A DNA stretch of 64,000 bases, from contig JBDTOT010000023.1 in assembly GCA_039933105.1 (NCBI GenBank), positions 115-64,114 on the forward strand, read 5' to 3'. The stretch is from Gammaproteobacteria bacterium (lineage in GTDB: Bacteria > Pseudomonadota > Gammaproteobacteria > Steroidobacterales > Rariloculaceae). Position numbers and translations under genes: made by a program. Numbering within the stretch: position 1 is the stretch's first letter; the number at the start of each line of letters is the position of its first letter. Below are positions 27,573 through 36,667 of the stretch, in pieces. The notes under the pieces were generated by a model. That model saw nothing but the letters and a program-made list of their open reading frames with translations, made no database searches and had not been told where the DNA came from.

Positions 27573-28457
27573 ATGAAAGTGCTTGGCCGTCTTGTGAGTT
27601 CAGTGGTCGTCGTGTGGGGCCTGTCATCGTTGACGCCCATGTCAGGGCAGTCGCAGCAGCCGCCGCCGAATACCGGCACGCCGGAAGAAACCGCAAAACT
27701 TGCGGTGGCGGCCGGCAAATACGATATCGCCGGGCTGAAGCTCGGCACGCCGCTCAAGGAGTCGATGCAGGCGCTGAAGGCGCACAATCCCAAGCTGCAA
27801 ATGAAACAGGACACTGTTCGGTACGACGTGCTGGGCGCCGACCTGCTCTACGGCCTGACCTTCACGAGCCCGGAGGAAAGATTCATCTTTAGCCTCACGA
27901 TGCCTCCCAATCCGATCGTCGTATCGAGGCTGGCCCGTGTGCTGATATTCACGAAGGAGACGGCGCCGACACAGCAAGTGATCGTCGATGCCTTGATCGA
28001 GAAGTATGGCACGCCCAGTTACGACAACGGCCCCAACCAACTGAACGACGCCAATTTTCGCGTCATCAACTGGTTGGACGATGCCGACGGCAAGCGGATG
28101 AAAGACCCGACCGGCCAGATGTGCACGACGTCCAACTCGTTTACGGGCATACCGCCGCAATCGGCTGAGGCCGCGCAGATGCCGGTGCGGGGAATATCGA
28201 TGCTCCTCGAGTCGCGTTTTTCCATCGGCCAGGGGGATGTCTGTGAGACGCGTCGGATGGTTCAGGCGAGGCTCCAAAAGTGTTGCAGAGACGGCTTGGC
28301 TGCCCCGAATTTGGTCGGAGGGCTAGTGGTCCACCTGGGCGATGGCCCGCTCGACGAACAATCCATCGGCGCGACGCACGAGATGCTCGTGAACGCGACG
28401 AAGGCCAAGGACGCGAAGGAGCAGGAGAGCGCGCAGAAGAACCGGCCGAAGCTGTAG
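27573..28457 (+). CDS. secreted hypothetical protein
   Basis: ATG at 27573 (track ORF starts at 27531). Signal peptide present, no family recognised. The region looks more A/T-rich than its neighbours by eye. Confidence 0.55.
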   Translation: MKVLGRLVSSVVVVWGLSSLTPMSGQSQQPPPNTGTPEETAKLAVAAGKYDIAGLKLGTPLKESMQALKAHNPKLQMKQDTVRYDVLGADLLYGLTFTSPEERFIFSLTMPPNPIVVSRLARVLIFTKETAPTQQVIVDALIEKYGTPSYDNGPNQLNDANFRVINWLDDADGKRMKDPTGQMCTTSNSFTGIPPQSAEAAQMPVRGISMLLESRFSIGQGDVCETRRMVQARLQKCCRDGLAAPNLVGGLVVHLGDGPLDEQSIGATHEMLVNATKAKDAKEQESAQKNRPKL

Positions 28458-28458
28458 A

Positions 28459-30423
28459 TTGATTTCAATACACCGGGAGGGTCCTTCTTTGAAACGCTGC
28501 TGTGCGCACGCGTGGGTCTTGGCCACGCTCATCATCGCCGTCGGAGTCGTTGCAGTGCACGCGCCGCGCGCGAATGCGCAGGCGAAATCGCCGATGGTCG
28601 AGTGGCCCATCTACGGCGGCAACCTTGCATCGCAGTTCTACTCGCCGCTCGATCAGATCAACGCGCGCAACGTAAAGGACCTGAAGGTCGCGTGGCGTTG
28701 GTACGCAGGCAACTTCGGTCCAGATCCGGAGCTGAAGAGCGAGAACACGCCGCTCATGATCGGTGGCGTGCTGTATGCGACCGCTGGCGCCACACGTAAC
28801 GTTGCGGCGATCGACGCCGCCACGGGCGAGACGCTGTGGGTCTGGCGACCGAACGAGACCGAGCGGTTCAAGCAGGCGCCGCGCAAGATGGCCGGGCGCG
28901 GCGTGGCGTACTGGACCGACGGAACGCAAGACAAGCGCGTGTTCGTCGTGACGCCGGGCTTCTTTTTGTGGTCGCTCGACGCGACGACCGGTCTGCCGAA
29001 GCGCGAGTTCGGCGAAGCCGGAGTCGTCGATCTGCGCCGAGGCCTACGCGGGCCAGCGGACAACGTAGAGGCGGGCTCATCGTCGCCCGCGCTCGTGGTG
29101 GGCGACGTGGTGATCGTGGGGCCGGCCGGCGGCATTGGCGCACGGCCGAACTCGAAGACTCAGGTGAAGCTCGACGTGCGCGGCTTCGACGCGAAGAGCG
29201 GCAAGCTCTTGTGGACGTTCCATACGATTCCGGAGAATGCCGAGTTCGGCTACGACACGTGGCTCACGCCGGGCTCTGCCGAGTACACGGGTAACGCGGG
29301 CGTGTGGGCGCCGATGGCGGCCGATCCCACGCTCGGGCTCGTGTATCTGCCGGTCGAAGGCCCCACCAGTGATTTGTACGGCGGCGAGAGGCCCGGCAAT
29401 AATTTGTTTGGCAACACGCTGGTGGCGCTCGACGCGAAGACCGGCCAGCGTGTGTGGCACCAGCAGCTCGTACATCACGACATCTGGGATTACGACAACC
29501 CCACATCGCCGATCCTGCTCGACGTGAGGGTGGGCGGCAAACAAGTCAAAGCCGTGGTGCAGCTCACGAAGCAAGCGTTCGCGTACGCGTTCGATCGCGC
29601 GACCGGTGCGCCGCTCTGGCCGATCGAAGAGCGGCCTGTGCCGACGTCCGACGTGCCGGGCGAATGGACCTCGCCAACGCAGCCGTTTCCGACGAAGCCG
29701 AAAGCCTACGACCGCCAGGGCGTCAGCGAGGCCGATCTCGTCGACTTCACGCCCGCGATCAAGGCGGCGGCGCTCGCGGCCGTCAAAGACTTGCGCATGG
29801 GCCCGATGTATACGACGTCGTCGCTGATCGACGCGACGGACGGCACGCGCGGCGCGCTCGTGCTTCCGCATTTTGGCGGCGGCACGAACTGGGAGGGCGG
29901 CGCGGCGGATCCCGAGACTGGCATGCTGTACGTCGCGTCGCAGACCACGATGAACGTATTCGCCGTGAACCTTGCGAACGGCCGCTCCGACATTCGCTAC
30001 TTGTTCGTAAACGGCGACGCGCCGCATCCGCTCGGATTGCCGCTGATCAAGCCGCCGTATGGCCGTATCACGGCCATCGACATGAACACCGGCGAGCACC
30101 GGTTCATGATTCCGAACGGCGACACACCGGACGACGTCAAGAACAACCCGGCGCTCAAGGGCGTGAAGCTGCCGCCAACGGGTAAGCCGAGCAAGGCCCT
30201 GCTGCTCGTGACGAAGACGCTGCTGTTCGCGGCCGAAGGCTACGGCGGCGGGCCGATCCTGCGGGCGTACGACAAGGCCACCGGCGCCGTGGTGGCTGAG
30301 CTTGCGTTGCCCGGTGTGGCGAGCGGCAAACCCATGACCTACCTATTGAACGGCAAGCAGTACCTCGTGCTGGCCGTTGGCAAGGACCACCCGGCGGAGC
30401 TCGTGGCGTTCGCATTGCCTTAG
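28459..30423 (+). CDS. PQQ-dependent dehydrogenase (glucose/quinate/shikimate-type beta-propeller)
   Basis: 654 aa with a signal or anchor segment. It has WPIYGGNLASQFYSPLDQINARNVKDLKVAWRW, repeated W-docking motifs and TKQAFAYAFDRATGAPLW. The exact start is uncertain. Confidence 0.85.
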   Translation: MISIHREGPSLKRCCAHAWVLATLIIAVGVVAVHAPRANAQAKSPMVEWPIYGGNLASQFYSPLDQINARNVKDLKVAWRWYAGNFGPDPELKSENTPLMIGGVLYATAGATRNVAAIDAATGETLWVWRPNETERFKQAPRKMAGRGVAYWTDGTQDKRVFVVTPGFFLWSLDATTGLPKREFGEAGVVDLRRGLRGPADNVEAGSSSPALVVGDVVIVGPAGGIGARPNSKTQVKLDVRGFDAKSGKLLWTFHTIPENAEFGYDTWLTPGSAEYTGNAGVWAPMAADPTLGLVYLPVEGPTSDLYGGERPGNNLFGNTLVALDAKTGQRVWHQQLVHHDIWDYDNPTSPILLDVRVGGKQVKAVVQLTKQAFAYAFDRATGAPLWPIEERPVPTSDVPGEWTSPTQPFPTKPKAYDRQGVSEADLVDFTPAIKAAALAAVKDLRMGPMYTTSSLIDATDGTRGALVLPHFGGGTNWEGGAADPETGMLYVASQTTMNVFAVNLANGRSDIRYLFVNGDAPHPLGLPLIKPPYGRITAIDMNTGEHRFMIPNGDTPDDVKNNPALKGVKLPPTGKPSKALLLVTKTLLFAAEGYGGGPILRAYDKATGAVVAELALPGVASGKPMTYLLNGKQYLVLAVGKDHPAELVAFALP

Positions 30424-30447
30424 CTGTCTTTTTGGCCCGCCGCTTTC

Positions 30448-31932
30448 TCAACGAGGCGTGGTAGCCGCGCTGCGCAGATGCGCGCGCCACGACCAGCCGA
30501 CCACGATCGTCAACACGACGAGCGCTATGCCGGTGAGCACCGTCGTCGCGCGGTCGAAGCCGGCGGCGAAGGCCGTAGACACGCCGGGATCTTTCGAGAG
30601 ATCGATGGAGCTCAGCGATGCCGGGTAGCCGCTCGCGACCATCGTCAATGTCACGACCACGGTCGCGAACGTCACACCGATCACGTTGCCCGAGTTGCGG
30701 CACAGGTTCACGAAGCCCGCCGTCGCACCGTGCGCTTTGTCGTCGACAGCATTCATGATCGACGCCGAGTTCGCCGCGCCGAAGATCGACATGCCGAACG
30801 ACGTGACCATGAGCCCCACCACGATGACCCAGACCGGTGTCGCGACGTGCAGGCCAATGAATACGGAGAATCCGAGTGTCGTGAGCGCGAGCCCGATGTT
30901 GGCGAACAGGCGCACGCCCCAGCGGTCCGCGAGGCGACCGGCGAAGGGCGCTATGGTGGCGGTCACCAGCGCGGCCGGCACGATCAAGAGGCCGACCGTT
31001 GCCGCCGTGTAGCCGCGCACGCCTTGCAGGAAGAACGGCACGAGGAAGCGGATGGCGGAGATGCCCATGAAGACGACGAATGCGCCGAGCGCACCGAACG
31101 CGAAGTCGGGCTTGCGGAACAGGTTGAGGTCGAGCATCGGTGCCTGGCTGCGCCGCTCGAGCAGCACGAACCCGAGCACGAGCAGCACGGACGCAATCTC
31201 GCCCGTGACCGTGATCGGCGCGAGCCAGCCGAGGTTCGGTCCGAGCGTCAACGTCAGGAGTAGTGCGACGAGGAACGACGAGAGCAGCAGCGCGCCGACG
31301 AAGTCGAATGGCGGTTGATCCCTGCGGTGCACTTCGTTGCGCCGCGGCAGCTTGCGGTGCGCGGTCAGCGTGATCGCTAGCATCGCCGCTGCCGTGATCG
31401 CGAACAGCATTCGCCAGCCGGCCGTTCCAACGACGATGCCGCCGGTGGCCGGGCCTACGATCGAGCCCAAGCCCACGGCCCCGAGCTGGAGCCCCAGCAT
31501 TTTCGCGCGCTCGCTGGAGTGGAAGCTGCCGACGATGATGGCTGTGCTCGTGGCCTGCGTCATGGCCGAGCCGATGCCGACCACGACCCGTGCACCGATC
31601 AGCCCGTAGATCGAGCCGGCCCACGACGCCGCGAAGGCGCCGATGGCGAAAATCAGTGCGCCAATCACGTAGATCCGTTTGCGCCCGGCGACGTCGGACA
31701 GTCGTCCCATCGGCACGAGCAGCGCTGCGATCGTGAGGCCGTTGCCGGCGATGACCCACTGCGCCGTCAGGAGGTCGGTACCGAACTCGTGCGCGATCGT
31801 CGGCAAGGCGACGATCGACGAGCTCGTGTCGAACACGGTGATGAAAATACCGACCACGCAAACGAGGAAGACGACGTGGCGTTGGTCGAGTGTGGGGAGG
31901 CGCATGGTGGCCGCCATCTTAGGCAGCCGCAC
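30448..31932 (-). CDS. MFS transporter, 14-TMS drug:H+ antiporter (DHA2/EmrB-like)
   Basis: 494 aa. The GRLSDVAGRKRIY motif lies between TM2 and TM3, and about 14 hydrophobic segments are present. Confidence 0.9.
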   Translation of the reverse strand: MRLPKMAATMRLPTLDQRHVVFLVCVVGIFITVFDTSSSIVALPTIAHEFGTDLLTAQWVIAGNGLTIAALLVPMGRLSDVAGRKRIYVIGALIFAIGAFAASWAGSIYGLIGARVVVGIGSAMTQATSTAIIVGSFHSSERAKMLGLQLGAVGLGSIVGPATGGIVVGTAGWRMLFAITAAAMLAITLTAHRKLPRRNEVHRRDQPPFDFVGALLLSSFLVALLLTLTLGPNLGWLAPITVTGEIASVLLVLGFVLLERRSQAPMLDLNLFRKPDFAFGALGAFVVFMGISAIRFLVPFFLQGVRGYTAATVGLLIVPAALVTATIAPFAGRLADRWGVRLFANIGLALTTLGFSVFIGLHVATPVWVIVVGLMVTSFGMSIFGAANSASIMNAVDDKAHGATAGFVNLCRNSGNVIGVTFATVVVTLTMVASGYPASLSSIDLSKDPGVSTAFAAGFDRATTVLTGIALVVLTIVVGWSWRAHLRSAATTPR

Positions 31933-32021
31933 GGTCGCGGGCTAGTCGAAGCGCGCGGCGACAAGTATGCGAGGCGCGGGTAAACTCCGGGCGTCGTCGG
32001 TTGCGTGAACTGCTGAACGTC

Positions 32022-33077
32022 ATGATGAGAATCGAACGGGGGTGGTTGGCGGCAGCGCTGTGCGCGACGGCGCCGACGGTGTACGCGCACCATAGCGTGT
32101 CCGCGTGGTTCGACACCACGAACATGATCGAGGTCGAAGGGCGGGTGACCGAATTCCGCTGGCAGAACCCGCACGTGATCTTCACGTTGAACGTGGTCGA
32201 CGCGGTTGGCGCGACCACGCCGTGGGCCATCGAGACGCTCTCGATCAGCGGCATCAGCCGCTGGGGCATCACGGAGGATCTTTTCAAGGTCGGCGATTGG
32301 CTGCGTGTGGCAGGCAATCCTGCGCGCAAGGACGGTCACAACATCTTCGTGCGCAACATTCTGCTGCCCGGCGGGCGCGAGATCGTGCTCGGCGGCGCGG
32401 CGCGCTGGTCGAACGATACGCTGCGCGGCAGCGAGCTGCTGCAAGCGCGTGACGGCGACCCTTCGCGGCCCGAGCTCGGCATCTACCGCACGTGGAGCAG
32501 CGGCGGTGTCGGCGCCGTGCTGTTTCCGGAGGCCGTGCAGGCGAATTTCGATTTCAACAAGTATCCGTTGACGGCGGCCGGGCGTGCCGCGCTGCAGAAG
32601 TTCGACTTCGCGGCCGACGACCCCACGGCCGACTGCAAGCCGAAAGGCATGCCGACGGTCATGGAGCAGCCATACCCGATGGTGGTGACCGAGCGCGGTG
32701 CGACCATCGAGATCGCGCTCGAGGAGTACGACACGAGGCGCATCGTGCACATGGGCGCCGCTGGTGCGGCCGCCGCGGCGAAGGCGCAGCCGAGCGCGCT
32801 CGGGTACTCGGTCGGTCGCTGGGAAGATGGCACGCTCGTGGTCACGACGACGAAGTCGATCTGGGGGCACTTCGACAGCGTGGGGATTCCGCTCACGACG
32901 GCTGCCGTCATGGTCGAACGCTTCACCCCGAGCGCCGACGGCGCGCGGCTCGACTACATACTAAGCGTTACGGACGCCGCGACATTCACGATGCCGGTCG
33001 AGCTCAAGAAGGCGTGGATCTGGCGACCCGAGGTTACGATCGGCAAGTTCGAGTGCCAGCGCGTCGTGCGGAGGTAA
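32022..33077 (+). CDS. natural fusion of an S domain and an L domain (secreted, unknown function)
   Basis: The N-terminal half has ...TVYA|HHSVSAWFD ... QNPH ... VGDWLRVAGNP (S-type). The C-terminal half has DDPTADCKPKGMP, TRRIVH, GYSVGRWEDGTLVV and FECQR (L-type). There is no second signal peptide. The start could be TTG 32001 or ATG 32022/32025. Confidence 0.75.
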   Translation: MMRIERGWLAAALCATAPTVYAHHSVSAWFDTTNMIEVEGRVTEFRWQNPHVIFTLNVVDAVGATTPWAIETLSISGISRWGITEDLFKVGDWLRVAGNPARKDGHNIFVRNILLPGGREIVLGGAARWSNDTLRGSELLQARDGDPSRPELGIYRTWSSGGVGAVLFPEAVQANFDFNKYPLTAAGRAALQKFDFAADDPTADCKPKGMPTVMEQPYPMVVTERGATIEIALEEYDTRRIVHMGAAGAAAAAKAQPSALGYSVGRWEDGTLVVTTTKSIWGHFDSVGIPLTTAAVMVERFTPSADGARLDYILSVTDAATFTMPVELKKAWIWRPEVTIGKFECQRVVRR

Positions 33078-33091
33078 GCGGAGTGCTGGCG

Positions 33092-33952
33092 ATGGATACG
33101 CGGGTGCGCGGGGCATGGTTTGGATGTGCGATCACCGTGATTGCGGGGATGGCCGCGGTCGCGACAGAGCGAGGCTCGGCTGCGCAGTGGGTCGACTATC
33201 CCACTGCAAATGTGCCGCGCAATGCCGACGGCTCGCCGAACTTGAAGGCGCCTGCGCCGCGCGCCGCCGACGGCAAGCCAGACCTGTCGGGCATGTGGTT
33301 CTCGGCCGAACTACTCCCGGAGTGCGCCGACACCAAGGTTGACTGCATCCCGCAGATGAATCTCCCTGCCGACCAGATCAACATCGGGCGCACGCTGAAG
33401 GATGGATTGCCGTACACGCCTTGGGCCGCGAAGCTGGTGGCGGAGCGCACGGCAAACGGCGCAAAGGACGATCCGCACGCGTTCTGTCTGCCACCGAACT
33501 TCCCGCGCGCGTACTCTCTGCCGCAGTACATCAAGATCGCGCAGATGCCGAAGCTGACGATCGTGTTGCACGAGTTCAACGCGAGCTATCGGCAAATCTT
33601 CACGGACGGGCGGCCGCTGCCGAAGGATCCGTTGCCGGCGTGGAACGGTTACTCGGTCGGGCATTGGGAACGCGACACACTGGTGGTCGAGTCGAGCGGC
33701 TTCCGCGACGATCTGTGGCTCGATCTTTCGGGCAGCCCGATGACGAGCGCTGCGCACGTGGTGGAGCGCATCAAGCGGCCGAGCTTCGGCTCCCTAGAGA
33801 TCGAGGTCACGGTCAACGATCCCAAGGCCTACACGAAGCCGTGGACGGTGACACTGCGCCAGAACATCGTGCTCGACACCGAATTGATCGAGGAGACGTG
33901 CCTCGAGAACGAGCGCGATACGGGGTTGTTCAAGAAAGAGGGCGCCAAGTGA
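33092..33952 (+). CDS. secreted partner protein L3 of the S/L module
   Basis: 286 aa from ATG 33092 (GTG at 33083 also possible). Motifs: PDLSGMW, DDPHAFCLPPNFP, YRQIFTDGRP, GYSVGHWERDTLVVE, ETCLEN. Confidence 0.75.
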   Translation: MDTRVRGAWFGCAITVIAGMAAVATERGSAAQWVDYPTANVPRNADGSPNLKAPAPRAADGKPDLSGMWFSAELLPECADTKVDCIPQMNLPADQINIGRTLKDGLPYTPWAAKLVAERTANGAKDDPHAFCLPPNFPRAYSLPQYIKIAQMPKLTIVLHEFNASYRQIFTDGRPLPKDPLPAWNGYSVGHWERDTLVVESSGFRDDLWLDLSGSPMTSAAHVVERIKRPSFGSLEIEVTVNDPKAYTKPWTVTLRQNIVLDTELIEETCLENERDTGLFKKEGAK

Positions 33953-34332
33953 AGGCAAAGGTGTTGCTGCTGCCACTGTCTCTGCTGCTGGCGCTACCGA
34001 CGAGCGCGCATCACTCCGGCGCCGCGTACGACCGCGACAAGACGGTGACCGTGAACGGCACCGTGAATTCCGTCGAGTGGACGAGTCCCCACGCCTGGAT
34101 CAAGGTCGACGCCAAGAACGAGGCGGGTGCTGCGGTGACGTGGGAGTTCGAGCTGCCGAGTCCCGTGACACTGACGCGCCGCGGGTGGGCGCGCACGGCG
34201 CTCACGCCCGGCGACAAGATCACGGTGACCGGCGCACTGGCGCGGGAGCATCCGAACATCGCCATTGCGACCGGCGTGATCGACAAGAACGGCCGCCGCC
34301 TGTTCGGCGGCGCCGCGGATTCGAAGGAGTAG
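33949..34332 (+). CDS. small secreted HHS-motif protein S3
   Basis: GTG start overlaps the L3 stop (GTGA). Signal peptide ...LALPTSA|HHSGAAYD, then SPH and PGDKITVTG. Confidence 0.8.
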   Translation: MKAKVLLLPLSLLLALPTSAHHSGAAYDRDKTVTVNGTVNSVEWTSPHAWIKVDAKNEAGAAVTWEFELPSPVTLTRRGWARTALTPGDKITVTGALAREHPNIAIATGVIDKNGRRLFGGAADSKE

Positions 34333-34336
34333 GGCG

Positions 34337-34771
34337 CTAGGCTTTCGCGTCCGCGACGAGCCCGGCCTGTTCGATGCCGTAAGCGCATACGGCCTCGTCT
34401 TCCTCGCCCGTGCCGCCGCTGGCGCCCGCCGCACCCAGGATGTTGCCCTGCGCGTCGCGGATCAGCACGCCGCCGATCTGCGGCAGGAACTTGCCCGCGG
34501 CCGTCGCCGCAAGTGTGATGAAGAAGTTCGGGTTGTCCTTGGCGCGGGCCGCCAGTGCGCGGCTCGAAGCGCCCATGCCGACAGCGGCCCAGGCTTTGCC
34601 GGTGGCCACATCGAACCTGAACATGCTCGCGCCGTCCTCGCGTTGCATGGCCTTCAAGTGCCCCGACTGGTCGAGGACGACCACGGTCACGGGCTTGATC
34701 TTCATTTCGCGCGCCTTCTCCAGCGCCTTCGTGATGATCTGATTGGCCTTCGCGATATCCAGTGTCGACAT
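34337..34771 (-). CDS. GlcG/HbpS-like haem-binding protein (DUF336)
   Basis: 144 aa from the ATG at 34771, preceded by AGGAGG. GGVLIRDAQGNILGAAGASGGTGEEDEAVC matches the DUF336 core. The longer 307-aa track ORF is rejected. Confidence 0.8.
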   Translation of the reverse strand: MSTLDIAKANQIITKALEKAREMKIKPVTVVVLDQSGHLKAMQREDGASMFRFDVATGKAWAAVGMGASSRALAARAKDNPNFFITLAATAAGKFLPQIGGVLIRDAQGNILGAAGASGGTGEEDEAVCAYGIEQAGLVADAKA

Positions 34772-34916
34772 GCGCCTCCTCCCAAAACAGCAACGCCGGC
34801 CTGCAGCATAAAGGCTCGCGCAGACGGTGTCAGGTGTTGTCGCGCGCAGAGGCGGCGTTCGCGATGTCGTTGCAGGCGCGTAGAATGCTGCAGCCGCTGC
34901 GAGGGGAGGTTTCCGA

Positions 34917-35747
34917 ATGAGTACGCCGTGCATCATCACCGTGGCGATCACTGGCTCGGTGCCGAAGAAGGCGGACAATCCGGCGGTGCCGATCACCGTT
35001 CCCGAGCAGATCGAGTCGACGCATGCGGCGTACGAAGCCGGTGCCGCGCTCGTGCACCTCCACGTACGCAATGACGACGGTACTACGACGTCGAATGCCG
35101 AGAAGTTCGGCCAGTTCCTGGAAGGGATACGCAAGCACTGCCCCGACATCATCGTACAGTTCTCGACGGGTGGGCGAAGTGGCGTGGGCGCCGAGCGTGG
35201 CGGCATGTTGCACCACCGGCCCGACATGGCATCCCTGTCGACCGGCTCCGTGAACTTCAAGACGATGATCTACGAGAACCACCCGAAGCTCATCGTCGAC
35301 CTCGCCACGCGTATGCTCGAGCACGACGTAAAACCGGAGATCGAGATCTTCGATCTCGCGATGCTCTACAACGCGGCCAAGCTCGTCGAGGAAGGGTTGC
35401 TCAAGTCGCCGGTGCACGTGCAGTTCGTGCTGGGGGTTCCGAACGCGTTGCCGGCCGATCGGCAGGTGCTCGAATTCGAACTCACGCAGCTGAAGCGTGT
35501 GCTCCCCGATGCGACGTGGACGGCGGCCGGCGTGGGGCGCTTCCAGCTACTCGTGAACGAATGGACGCTCGAGCTTGGCGGGCACTGCCGCACGGGGCTC
35601 GAGGACAATGTCCGCTTCGACAAGAGCCGCCTCGCGACCAGCAACGCAGAACTCGTCGCCCGAGTGGCAGGGCTCTGCGGACGCTACTGCCGCAAGGTCG
35701 CGACGCCGGCGGAAGCCCGCCGACTGCTTGGATTACGTGCCGCTTAA
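34917..35747 (+). CDS. 3-keto-5-aminohexanoate cleavage enzyme family (BKACE/DUF849)
   Basis: 276 aa with IITVAITGSVP, ALVHLHVRNDDG and QFSTGGRSG, typical BKACE motifs. Confidence 0.85.
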   Translation: MSTPCIITVAITGSVPKKADNPAVPITVPEQIESTHAAYEAGAALVHLHVRNDDGTTTSNAEKFGQFLEGIRKHCPDIIVQFSTGGRSGVGAERGGMLHHRPDMASLSTGSVNFKTMIYENHPKLIVDLATRMLEHDVKPEIEIFDLAMLYNAAKLVEEGLLKSPVHVQFVLGVPNALPADRQVLEFELTQLKRVLPDATWTAAGVGRFQLLVNEWTLELGGHCRTGLEDNVRFDKSRLATSNAELVARVAGLCGRYCRKVATPAEARRLLGLRAA

Positions 35748-35765
35748 AACAAGAAGGGGAACTCG

Positions 35766-36149
35766 ATGGAACTCGTTTATCTGACGATTTTGCTGGCGCT
35801 CGTGGAGTACACGATCTTCACCGCGCTCGTGGGCCGCGCGCGCGCAAAGTACGGCATCAAGGCGCCGGCGATGACGGGGCATCCCGATTTTGAACGCGTG
35901 AATCGTGTCCACATGAACACGCTCGAGAGCCTGATCGTGTTCATCCCGGCGATCTTGATGTTCGCGCACTACATCGACGCGCGTTGGGCGGCGGGGCTTG
36001 GCCTGCTGTTCGTGATCGGGCGTGCGCTGTACGCAGTCGGCTATATAAAGGCGGCCGAGAAACGCGGACTCGGCGCAGGGATCTGCGGCCTCACGAACAT
36101 TGCGTTGCTGCTCGGCGCGCTCTTTGGCGTCGTTCGGGCGTTGATGTAA
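35766..36149 (+). CDS. MAPEG family membrane protein
   Basis: 127 aa with 3-4 TM segments. RVHMNTLESL and GRALYAVGY motifs are typical of MAPEG. Confidence 0.75.
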   Translation: MELVYLTILLALVEYTIFTALVGRARAKYGIKAPAMTGHPDFERVNRVHMNTLESLIVFIPAILMFAHYIDARWAAGLGLLFVIGRALYAVGYIKAAEKRGLGAGICGLTNIALLLGALFGVVRALM

Positions 36150-36163
36150 CGCGAGCGGAGGAC

Positions 36164-36655
36164 TCAGCCGCCGCCGGTGCCCAAGTACGGCAGCAACCGG
36201 CCAAACGCCAGCACGCCGAACCAGAACGTCAGCGACAGCACGCCGACCACCTTCGCGAGCGCCGGCGTGGCGTCGTGCGGCCCCAAGCGCAGGAGCTTCG
36301 GCTCGACCGCAAAGAAGTAGAGCAGAAAGTTCAAGCCAGCCGCCACGACCAGAATCATTTTGGCCCAGAACGACCAGTTGCCGGAGTAGTTGTACGGGTC
36401 GCCGAAAAAGAAGCACACGCCGGTAATCAAGTTGATCGAGAAGGCGGCGATCGCCCACGGCATCAGGCTGTGCACGGCCTTCAATGGAATCGTGCGCTGG
36501 AAGCCGATCAAGCGCAGGTCCATCACGAGCAACGCGCCCATCAACACGCATAGGCCGAGGAAGTGCAGCGACTCGAGCGTCGGCCAGCTCCAGGGGTAGC
36601 CCAGGACGAGCTTGTTGAGCCACGTGGTCAGCATCCAGTCATAGATGTGGTGCAT
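36164..36655 (-). CDS. 4-TM membrane protein, tandem paralogue B
   Basis: 163 aa. It shares P-T-x-x-[ST]-LH-x-[IL]-G, [VM]-DLRL-[LI]-G, IN-[LT]-x-[ST]-G and GRL with the upstream gene 36668-37162. Confidence 0.65.
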   Translation of the reverse strand: MHHIYDWMLTTWLNKLVLGYPWSWPTLESLHFLGLCVLMGALLVMDLRLIGFQRTIPLKAVHSLMPWAIAAFSINLITGVCFFFGDPYNYSGNWSFWAKMILVVAAGLNFLLYFFAVEPKLLRLGPHDATPALAKVVGVLSLTFWFGVLAFGRLLPYLGTGGG

Positions 36656-36667
36656 TTGGCTCGTCTC

